Below, piece after piece: positions 34,294 through 43,600 of a DNA stretch of 64,000 nt (the stretch's first letter is position 1; every line of letters starts with the position of its first letter). The position numbers were made by a program, and so were the translations under genes. The stretch spans positions 30,928-94,927 of the IMG/VR virus record IMGVR_UViG_3300025849_000018; one strand, given 5' to 3'. The DNA comes from a virus. Below the pieces are notes generated by a model that saw only the letters and a program-made list of their open reading frames with translations, ran no database searches and was not told where the DNA came from.

Positions 34294-36201
34294 TTAGAAC
34301 GTTCCACCATCAAGTGTTCCGAACTCAGGCACGCCACCCGAACCTGCTTGCAGTACTTGACCTTCAGTGCCAGCGGCTGTTACGTCAAGTGCATTTGAAC
34401 CGTCACCGTAGATGATACCGTTGTCAGTAAATGAAGTTACGCCAGTACCACCTTGAGGCACCGCGAGTGCGGTTGTCAGTGTTAAACTAGCAGCGTCAAG
34501 AGCACCAACGTCTAAGGCAGCAAGAGATTGTCCCGTGGCATCATATGCCATTCCTGTTGGTTCAACAGTAAGACCATCGAGCAGTTTCCAAGTACCTGAA
34601 TCAGACGCATCTCGAATGAATCCAGAATACTTCTCAGCACCGTCATTATATTGACCATATACACCGAAGTCGGTAGTTGTGTTAGCACTAGATGACGCAA
34701 GACCAATCATGTTGTCTTCAACAAGCAACTGAGTTGTGTCGATAGTTGTTGTGGTACCCGATACTGTGAGGTTACCGGAAATGGTTACGTCATCTGGGAG
34801 ACCGATGGTTACGGATCCAGTCGATGTATCAACTTCAATTTCGTTTGCGGTACCAGTGATGTCACTTACATAATCGCCAGTCAGTTGCGAAGTAGCGATA
34901 GAAAGTGTACTATCAATGACATGCAAACCAGTCGTGTTAGCAACAAGTGAAGTATCGCCAGAATCATCGACATTCACTCCGCCAGCTGTTACGGAAATAC
35001 CGTTGGCGGCAGTAACAGACAGTGAATGTGCAATCGTTTCACCTGTAGTCGCACCCGTTGATTCAATACCGTTTCCGCCAGTTACCGTTGCAACATAGTT
35101 TCCTGTAGTATCAGTGCCAAGTGTAACATCATCAGAGATTTGAGAAGCAGTAATTGAAAGATCACCTTCGTGCTGCGTAATCATTCCGGAGGTAATATCG
35201 CCATTTTGAATTGTAGAGTCAACCCAAGCACTTCCGTTATATCGGAGGAACTCACCAGTAGCAGCAGCAGTGATTGTAACATCTGACACATCATTTAATG
35301 CTACGGTTGTCAGGTATGTACCCAGATCGCTGATTTGTGATTCAGTGATAGAAAGTGTACTATCAATGATATGCAAACCAGTTGAGTTAGCAACAAGTGA
35401 AGTATCGCCAGAATCATCGACATTCACTCCGGCAGCTGTTACGGAAATACCGTTCGCGCCAGTAACACTAATGTCATCTGCGGCCACAGTTATACCGTCA
35501 CCTGCGCCAACATTGAGTGTGACATCACCCGCAGTACCACCACCTGTAAGACCGCTACCAGCAACAACACTTTCAATATCACCTGCATCATTAGTAAAAC
35601 TGAATTCACCAGTACTTGAGTTATAACTGAGATCACCAGCTGCACTAAACAATCCGCGGATATCAGAGTCGACTACTGCCAGTGTATAAGTATCAGTGCC
35701 ATTCGCGTATGAACCTGAGAGGGCATTACCTGCTGTTAATGTAGCATCAACCCACTTCGCTTCAGTCGCGTCATAAACAAGGAAAGCACCTTCAGCGGGT
35801 GTTGCAACATTCACATCTGAAACATCATTTAGATTAGAAACGCCAGCGCCTGCAACCGAGTCAACATATGCTTTGATTGATTCAGAAGTAGCGAGAGCAG
35901 TATTTGAAACACCACTGTCAAAGCCGTCTACATCGATGACAGATGTTACTGCATAGCCTGATACTGTAAGACTAGCTGTATCCAATGAATCTATCTTTCC
36001 GGTACTATTCGCAACGAGTGCTTGATTTGCAGTTAAAACTCCAGGTGTCTGTTCACCGCCAATACGAATATTAGCAGAAGAACCATCTGGATGTCCAATA
36101 TATAATACATCGCCGTTAGCGGTGTAGGCTAATTCGCCATTAGCTAAATTTGGTACGGTCGCGTTATTTAACGAACGCTTGATTTGCATTAAGTTTGCCA
36201 T
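34294..36201 (-). CDS. Tail fibre/shaft protein
   Basis: N-terminal QIKRS..P.LANGELAY; LNDVSDV repeats; GNLTVSGTTTT; LAVPQGGTG; ends LDGGTF. Confidence 0.75.
   Translation of the reverse strand: MANLMQIKRSLNNATVPNLANGELAYTANGDVLYIGHPDGSSANIRIGGEQTPGVLTANQALVANSTGKIDSLDTASLTVSGYAVTSVIDVDGFDSGVSNTALATSESIKAYVDSVAGAGVSNLNDVSDVNVATPAEGAFLVYDATEAKWVDATLTAGNALSGSYANGTDTYTLAVVDSDIRGLFSAAGDLSYNSSTGEFSFTNDAGDIESVVAGSGLTGGGTAGDVTLNVGAGDGITVAADDISVTGANGISVTAAGVNVDDSGDTSLVANSTGLHIIDSTLSITESQISDLGTYLTTVALNDVSDVTITAAATGEFLRYNGSAWVDSTIQNGDITSGMITQHEGDLSITASQISDDVTLGTDTTGNYVATVTGGNGIESTGATTGETIAHSLSVTAANGISVTAGGVNVDDSGDTSLVANTTGLHVIDSTLSIATSQLTGDYVSDITGTANEIEVDTSTGSVTIGLPDDVTISGNLTVSGTTTTIDTTQLLVEDNMIGLASSSANTTTDFGVYGQYNDGAEKYSGFIRDASDSGTWKLLDGLTVEPTGMAYDATGQSLAALDVGALDAASLTLTTALAVPQGGTGVTSFTDNGIIYGDGSNALDVTAAGTEGQVLQAGSGGVPEFGTLDGGTF
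34897..35454. repeat. 108-nt internal duplication, 450 nt apart
   Basis: 34897-35004 vs 35347-35454, few mismatches (NGISVTAxGVNVDDSGDTSLVANxTGLHxIDSTLSI). Confidence 0.85.
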
Positions 36202-36248
36202 TGTTTTTTCCTATTTGATGGTACCGGTTATTATTCTTATTACCTTAT

Positions 36249-36256
36249 TATTTATA
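36249..36256 (-). promoter_or_regulatory. T4-type late promoter TATAAATA
   Basis: Exact match upstream of the 635-aa fibre gene. Confidence 0.75.
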
Positions 36257-36259
36257 ATA

Positions 36260-36505
36260 TTAAAATGTTCCACCATCAAGTTCCGCCTCAACAACTTCAT
36301 AATTAAGGGTTGAGGAATTGTATTGAAGAAATGCTCCATCAACTTTATTGACAGCCTCAACATTTCCTATTGATTCTATAGTATTCACTGTTGCCGTTGA
36401 TCCTTCTCTAACAACATTTCTCAGAGAAACTGGTTTATTGGTGCTACTCAAAACTGATCCAGATTGATTTAAAGCAATTCTATAACCACCTTGTTGTAAT
36501 GCCAT
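36260..36505 (-). CDS. Small fibre adaptor-like protein ending LDGGTF
   Basis: 81 aa; TAATG-coupled; DGAFLQYN..LDGGTF. Confidence 0.6.
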   Translation of the reverse strand: MALQQGGYRIALNQSGSVLSSTNKPVSLRNVVREGSTATVNTIESIGNVEAVNKVDGAFLQYNSSTLNYEVVEAELDGGTF

Positions 36506-36837
36506 TATCGTGTGACTCCTGGGTTAATTGTTACGATTCCTTCCATGATCCTGGAAATAGTACCATCTGAGGTATAAGTTAGTTCCACATCATAAAGATA
36601 TCGGCCGTGATCCATAGCATTAGAAGTAGCCGCATCAAGTTCCAATTGAACAGTACCAGTGTCAGCTTCTATCGTTACAGTAAAACTATTATAAGTTGTC
36701 GAGGTATAATATTTTCTAATATGAGATTCACCGGTGTATCCTGTGAGACTTAACGCAGTACCATCATCATCTGTCAATGTAACAGAAGTGATGAAATCCG
36801 ATCCTTGATCAATATTGAGATTAGCCTTTGTTCCCAT
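36505..36837 (-). CDS. Conserved virion structural protein (fibre-attachment/BppU-like fold suspected)
   Basis: ANLNIDQGSDF..LTGYT...IRK.Y..GRYLYDVE...RIMEG.VT..PGVT. Confidence 0.65.
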   Translation of the reverse strand: MGTKANLNIDQGSDFITSVTLTDDDGTALSLTGYTGESHIRKYYTSTTYNSFTVTIEADTGTVQLELDAATSNAMDHGRYLYDVELTYTSDGTISRIMEGIVTINPGVTR

Positions 36838-37709
36838 TATCGTGTCTCTATTCTGACAATGTTAAACGAATGTGTGTTGGCGCCAGTTGCTGAGTCACAG
36901 GTGGCCGACAATACTACATTCGCTCCGCTGATGCTTGGTGTTATTACTGCGTCAAAGTTATTGGTGAGTTCACCGTATCGAGTAAAAAATATATCGGTGT
37001 CATTATGACCACACATCAATTCAAGAGTAAACACGCTGGAAGCGTCACTGTTGACTCCATGAATAATATATTTGAATCCTTTAGAAGTTGTTTTATCAAA
37101 CTGATCAATCACAAAAGTTGATGAACTTGTTGTGGATGCATTGGCCGTGAACATTCCTCCATCAGGAAATGTTATATCTCTAACAGATAGGTTTCCAGTG
37201 ACATCCAGGTTTACAAGGTTGGCAGTATCAGAGACATCCAGATTTGCACAAAAAGCAGTATGAGTAATGTGTATGTTTGCAAAATGCCCCTCTGAGAATT
37301 GATAAGTGGTGTTTCCTACAGTGTAAGTGAGATCGGTGTTTGCAATGACATTTTCAAAACCAGTGTTACTTGAACCAAAGTTTAATTGTCTATCAACAGT
37401 CAATGTGTTGGCGACTGTTACCAAATTACAGTCAGTATCAAACGTAGCGTTTGAAGAGATAGTCAATAGAGCAGCGGAAATATTACCGCTGACATCTAAG
37501 TTGCCGCCTTGTAAACTGTCAACCACGGAAACAGTGTTAGCAACAAATGATCCAATTAATCTGGCATCACCATTTGTGTTAGCGACAGTGGAGTTAGCAG
37601 TGAGGACATCTTCGCGCATCAAAGTAGACATGTCGTTGGTTCTCAACAACCAATCACTGAACGTGTTGTTAGCAGCGTCAATTAAATCAAAACCTGAGTT
37701 AAGTGCCAT
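36837..37709 (-). CDS. Virion structural protein (baseplate/fibre connector-like)
   Basis: NNTFSDWLLRTN N-terminus; C-terminal IDQF....KGFKYII..H...YG domain. Confidence 0.55.
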   Translation of the reverse strand: MALNSGFDLIDAANNTFSDWLLRTNDMSTLMREDVLTANSTVANTNGDARLIGSFVANTVSVVDSLQGGNLDVSGNISAALLTISSNATFDTDCNLVTVANTLTVDRQLNFGSSNTGFENVIANTDLTYTVGNTTYQFSEGHFANIHITHTAFCANLDVSDTANLVNLDVTGNLSVRDITFPDGGMFTANASTTSSSTFVIDQFDKTTSKGFKYIIHGVNSDASSVFTLELMCGHNDTDIFFTRYGELTNNFDAVITPSISGANVVLSATCDSATGANTHSFNIVRIETR

Positions 37710-37903
37710 TAAGTTAACCTATTTTCTATGTTATATAACCTACTTTGTAGGTCGCGAACTTCTTTTTCTAAAGAGTCTACTTTCGACTCCAATGTTTTTT
37801 TATCAATAATCTCACGCCGGCGTTGTTTATATTTCTCATATTCACTGAGATTATTATTGACTACAACACCATCATCGTTTTTTATGTACTCACTATTTAT
37901 CAA
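37709..37903 (-). CDS. Small coiled-coil protein following the wedge proteins
   Basis: 64 aa; VVNNN..YE.Y..RR...LE.EV..L; TTG start uncertain. Confidence 0.55.
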   Translation of the reverse strand: MINSEYIKNDDGVVVNNNLSEYEKYKQRRREIIDKKTLESKVDSLEKEVRDLQSRLYNIENRLT

Positions 37904-40653
37904 GCAGATACACCGATTACACGATAATCATTTATCTTTGGTACAGTCACAGAACTAGTAGACAACATCACGGTTTTAATTACAACTCCTGAATATGTGT
38001 CATAAATCTCACCAGTAGATCCAAAGTAACGCACGATATTTAAATTTTCTTTATTATTAAATGCTGTATTTGGTGTAGTTAACTTATCTATTTTCAAACC
38101 GGCATCAGCAACAATATTGTTATTAGAGACAGGTGTTGATAATGTAATCGCAGTATCGCTGTCAACCGAGGCGATAGAGAATATACCATAGTTCTCATCA
38201 GGAAACAAAGGGTCGTAAATTCGAATCACATCGCCATCTGCTAGATCAGAAGTAAAAGTTGTACCAGCACCATTAACAGTTGAATTGGCCAGTGCAGTAT
38301 TCGCCGTTCCAACTAAAGTTCTATCAGTTGGTGGGAACGAGGGAAATCCAAATTCATATTCACGGAAATCGTCGTATTGATTAGTCACACTAAATTCATT
38401 AGCTGACTTCAGTTCCAACTTCGTCCAAGACTTATCACCGATCGGTTCTGGGTCTTCACTATTTATAATTTTCGCAAAGCACAGAACATCAGTACCAGGT
38501 GGTCTATATGAATTATATATAACGCGAATGTCTTCAGCTGCATTTCCTTCACCAAATGTTAACATTCTTGATATGTGTTTAGAGGCAGAATTACCGTATG
38601 CAGTATGCTCATTGGTAGAATCATTATTAATAACCCACTGTGTTGATGAAATATTAACATCATTGATATTAATCGTGGGTGTCTCAAATGATAACAAGTC
38701 TTGCGGTCCAGTGTATTCAACTTGGAGAGCAATATTAGCAGACTTAGCACCTGAAAGGTTGGCAACTTCCAATGATCTAGATAAAATATACGCAGTATTG
38801 TTGGCAATTAAATTTGATCTGAATAAATCTAGGGTTGCCGGGGCGGTCATTCCATTGGTACTATTGGCGAAACTATATGTTCCCGAGACTTTATAGTTTG
38901 TGGGAAGTTTCATATCCATGCTAGTCGAGAATGCTGAGATAGGCACTTTATCTAAAGAAACAACATTCGCTGAAACACCAGATTCAGTGCCGATAATAGT
39001 ATTGCCAGCCATTATTTTTCGCGTTGAGTTAGCAGTACTTTCAGTCAAATACAACCGACTATTAGAAGCAGCAAAATTTGTTACTTCGGCTGTTGTAGTT
39101 CTAATGTAAGTACCAGCGATGGTGTTCATTACAGGTTCACCAACTTTAACTAATGTGGCACTCTCAAGTCCGCCGCCGGACGCTGTTGGAGAATCTCCGA
39201 TTTGAACCACCTCTACTTTTGTTGGATCACCAGTGTCTATCAGAACAATTACTTCATCGTCAGTCAAAGCAGTGAAGTCGGTGCCTACACCGATTAAATC
39301 TGTCGTGCCTGCGGTGATAGAGACGGTTCCAGTCTGCGCGGTAGCGGAAACATACACAATTTCACCAGCGAAGAATTTTAAACCACCTCCAGTAGGAGCG
39401 GTGATAGTATCGACAGTTAAGAATTCATCTTCATCGTTGTTTATAATAAGATCGATATTGGTTGATACGTCATATTCCGCAGCGTGTATCTCGAACTTTA
39501 GTTCAGTTTTGGGTCGGTTTTTAAAGGCACTGTTTATCTGACTGTTGGGGTCAGAATTACCATATTCAAATAAACCACCCCTATAATCTTTCTTTGCTCC
39601 TGGTGACGCATCGTTAGTACCAAGTGTTCTATCGCCAGATTTACAGTCCCATAGAATGTATCCTGGATCTTCGAGGTCAATCACAATACCATATTGCCGA
39701 CCGGTCTTCAACGAAATCGGATCAGAGAACGCAAAGGTTGTACCAACAGATGCATCTGAAGAAGCAGTAATATTGCCATATTTCATTTTTTTAATTGATT
39801 TCGAATATTGACTTGTTACCACTGGTTGCCCATTGTCAACATCAACCAAAAATATAGTAACTCCTGGACTTTGAATGCCAGATGCATTTGAAATTGCATC
39901 TGGTTTTGCTTTGAAGAACAGTGTAATATCAGAAATATCAACTTCATCAACATTGTCGAGTTTGTTTACATCCAAGTCAAATGTCTGTATAAACTCAAAA
40001 GGTATTTCTTGATAAGTTTGTGCGGGACCCGGGTGAAGATATCCGGGGGATCCGAAGATTACCGGATCAGGGTTGGTTGATAAACCTGAATTTATCGTAA
40101 AGACACCACCACCGGCATCTGTTAGTTCAGATACAGGTAAAACAATCAGATCAGATTTTGGGCTTTCAGTTAAGGATTGTTCAATCTGCGTATACAGACC
40201 TGAACGATTAAAGTTTCCTCTGCGCCACAATCCATGCCAGAAAATTCTCAACTCTAATTCGCCATCGTCATCACTTAAAAAGTCGTCTCCACCCCAACTG
40301 TATCCATACTTGGAGTTTGAAATCAGTCGGCGGTTCGATCCTGTTATTAAGCGATTAACAAAGTTATTATAGTATCTTGAACGCCCCCGAGGGAAACAAA
40401 ACCCTGTGATATCATAATAACTACTTGTTCTGACATTACCAGACTTTGGCGCTACAAAATTTTCATTGGGAACTAATACTTTGTATTTCGTGTTTGCTTT
40501 TAGGTTCTCAAATTCAAACTCTCCATATCCACCCCGGAATCCTTGATTATATCCTCTAAGTTTAAATTCTACGGTGGCATCAGACAGTCCAACACGATTG
40601 GCTAGTGAACTAGGTATATCTAGCAACTTCTCGCCTTTTTTTGTGTTACTCAT
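37900..40653 (-). CDS. Large baseplate structural protein (C-terminal half of DUF4815/VrlC-like)
   Basis: FIQTF..ISDITLFFK.KP..TTFAFSDPISL..Y; SKHISR.L..AEDIRV..YRP..FREYEF..VPKINDYRVI. Confidence 0.7.
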   Translation of the reverse strand: MSNTKKGEKLLDIPSSLANRVGLSDATVEFKLRGYNQGFRGGYGEFEFENLKANTKYKVLVPNENFVAPKSGNVRTSSYYDITGFCFPRGRSRYYNNFVNRLITGSNRRLISNSKYGYSWGGDDFLSDDDGELELRIFWHGLWRRGNFNRSGLYTQIEQSLTESPKSDLIVLPVSELTDAGGGVFTINSGLSTNPDPVIFGSPGYLHPGPAQTYQEIPFEFIQTFDLDVNKLDNVDEVDISDITLFFKAKPDAISNASGIQSPGVTIFLVDVDNGQPVVTSQYSKSIKKMKYGNITASSDASVGTTFAFSDPISLKTGRQYGIVIDLEDPGYILWDCKSGDRTLGTNDASPGAKKDYRGGLFEYGNSDPNSQINSAFKNRPKTELKFEIHAAEYDVSTNIDLIINNDEDEFLTVDTITAPTGGGLKFFAGEIVYVSATAQTGTVSITAGTTDLIGVGTDFTALTDDEVIVLIDTGDPTKVEVVQIGDSPTASGGGLESATLVKVGEPVMNTIAGTYIRTTTAEVTNFAASNSRLYLTESTANSTRKIMAGNTIIGTESGVSANVVSLDKVPISAFSTSMDMKLPTNYKVSGTYSFANSTNGMTAPATLDLFRSNLIANNTAYILSRSLEVANLSGAKSANIALQVEYTGPQDLLSFETPTININDVNISSTQWVINNDSTNEHTAYGNSASKHISRMLTFGEGNAAEDIRVIYNSYRPPGTDVLCFAKIINSEDPEPIGDKSWTKLELKSANEFSVTNQYDDFREYEFGFPSFPPTDRTLVGTANTALANSTVNGAGTTFTSDLADGDVIRIYDPLFPDENYGIFSIASVDSDTAITLSTPVSNNNIVADAGLKIDKLTTPNTAFNNKENLNIVRYFGSTGEIYDTYSGVVIKTVMLSTSSVTVPKINDYRVIGVSA

Positions 40654-40666
40654 TCAATTACTTCCT

Positions 40667-43600
40667 TTATTTAAGTGAAAATCTGGCCGTGCTAACGAGG
40701 CCCGAACCAACCATCGATCTATCTAATGAACCACCAGAAGAATAACTAACATCTGTTGTTGATGGTGCTGTTATATTATATCCTGTCAGATCAGGTATTG
40801 TCATGCCACCGAGATTTGTTGGCAGATATGTTGAATTAATTTTCTGAACCGCTTCTTCAATTTTAGTTTTCTGTACAATAGGTATCTGAGTGGTGACGGG
40901 TGGCGGGTCAAAACTCGCACTAGGACTAAACCCGAGTAAATCTTCCCTATTTGTCTTAGGAAGTCCTGTATCAGGTGTCTTGATCGGCACAGGAGTTTTC
41001 ACCGGTCGTATACATATTGGCCAACGGACTGGCCGCGTAGGCGGCTTATAAGTCGGCTGCCATGGGGGTTTGATGACCGGATTACTGGGTGAAGGTGGTC
41101 TATCAGGATTAGTTGCCCAAACGGGTAACTGTATATCATTTAGACAGTCTCTCGGATATGTAATATAGTACTCATGGGCCCACGAAGCTTTCACCACTCT
41201 CACCTTCAAGTATCGACCAGCACTAGCATTATATGGAAAAGTTAGAACACCAATATGTGTGGTCCAATAGTTCTGCACAGCGTCCTTACTCGATTGTGCG
41301 AAGTCTTTGCGACCCGTCCAGTTTGGCGCCCAATGCTTGTTTATGTTATAGTTTGGGTCTTTATTCTGTAGTTGTCGCCTTCTGTCTGGTGTGATATTAG
41401 TAGGAGTTAAAGTCTGACTATTATATATCTCTGTAAATCCAGTTGACGGCGATGACGATTGGAAAATTTCGAATCTATCCTTTCCGCCGTACAAATCAAA
41501 TTCGATCGTAATGTTCATCCCATCAGCATCGGCATTTGAAGACAGTGTAAATGTATTTTCTTCGAATACCGTACCGTTGTTTGCATTCTTTCGGTGATGG
41601 TTTGAAATAAACACCTCGGTATTGCAAACAGTGATCTCCGGCGGCGGAGGATCGATATCAACGATTACCGGTCCATCGGTGATATCATTCTGAGAAATAA
41701 TTTTGCGTCTGTCGGAGGATAATTTTGCTTCGTGTAAAGAGACAAAACTATTTTTTGTATTTTCATCCATATTCAACTTAATATTGTAAGACTCGCTCGC
41801 TGGCAATAATAATCCGCCAAAGAAAGTTGTGTTCTGCTCTGGATGTGCGAGATCAGTAAAACTGGCACTTGTAAAATTATCAACAAAAAATCCAAACTTA
41901 AATCTTTCTAATGTTGAATCAACTGAACTCGGAATAGTCTTGTCTTTTACCTGATCTTCTGTTTCACTTAAATTGACATAATACTCCAGTGTGGCAATTC
42001 TTCGTTCAAGTTTGCCAATCTCTTCCATTGTATATCCGGGTGCCTGATCATCGATTGAAGAGATTTTAGTTGTGTATCGTTGCCTTCTTAGTTTAGCAGA
42101 TGAACCCGCAAGTCCAGTTTCGAGAATGTCAACAATTTCAGTTGACAATGCGCCAGGCAAAGTTGGATATGCAGGTACATTAATTTCATAAAGATTTAAT
42201 TCTGATGCAGTTTTAGTGGGTGTTTTTTTAACATCAGTTAAAACAGTATACGGCCGACTTTGGTCGTCCTTCGCAATCACAATATCTTTTCGGGGATTAT
42301 AAAATACCATTGAACAGAACATATCACTTTCTGGCGCGGGAAACTTTATAGTCCCAGCAAATCGTGATGCATCAACTGCTTTTAATGGGTTTACCGGAGC
42401 GTCTGCGGCCGCGGTATTGGCAGTTACCGTGTTCGATGTGACTGGTCTAAAATCAATCGCTTCTCTTAGATCGTGATAGTTACCAGTGCCGCCAACAAAC
42501 TCTGGAATCTCAAGTGTATTGACATTTGCCGTCAGGTCAGTTAAAGCAACACCATCTTCAACAGTGTATGAACTGACAGTCTTGACACCTTGTCCAGAGT
42601 GTGATGTATAATCAAACTCAACGAGAATAAACTTGTTCTCTAAACTCAGACTTGATCCGTATTTCAAGTGTAAGGATCCGAGATCATAATAGTTTTCAGT
42701 GTGATTTGCGTCAATATAAAACTGATCAGTAACATTCGTATCGGTCTCATCGACAGCAGAAGCAGAACCCAGATAAACATTTCTAAGACGAATGATGTCT
42801 GAATGACCAAGACACCAAGGACCAGACGAACCAGCAGCATTGAGGTCGGTATTTATTTTCACAAAAACATTTCTTACGGCAGTTTTAGCAACAGAGTTGG
42901 TCGATGTTCCGTCAGCGCGTTGATTGTATACTACGGAGACATTTGCAGCTGCCGAGATGTTAATGTCCATATCTACTGTTAAAGTAGAACCGGTCACTGT
43001 CGCAGTAGCATCGGGTCTGCCAGATAATGGTATTGGGACGCCGGTAGGATAACACCGCGTTAGAGCGCCAGTAGAAAGCGTTGAGGTGGGCAAATAATTC
43101 AATACTGTATCACTTACAACTTCCTTGACAAGAACAGTGGTGGCACCAATTTTAATATAATCGCCTGCACTTAGAGTGGTAAGAAAAGCAGACGCGCTGG
43201 CGGTGAGCACCCCTGTTGTTGATGAGACCCAAGTGCCAAGCGAGAGAGTGTCAATAAAATCTTCTTCGGGAGTAATGATCAATTCTCTTTCTTCAACAAA
43301 AGATAACGCGCCACTATAATTCCAAGTCGCGTTGGTGTCTGCCGAAAGTGTGAAGATTCCCGCCGTGCTGGATTCGACATTGGTCGCAGTAGATCGGTAT
43401 TGATAGTCAACATTTGCTACCGACTTGAGAGGATATACTGTATCAAACAACAGAGAGTTTCTGTTTGTTTCTTTCATTACAGCACCGGTACCTGAGGTCG
43501 CGCCTGCCACCGGTTCTAATATCAAATCGCCGATTGCCCCAGCAACGAAGATTGATTTAACATCAAAGAACTTTTTGCCTTGACTCATTTTAACATCAAA

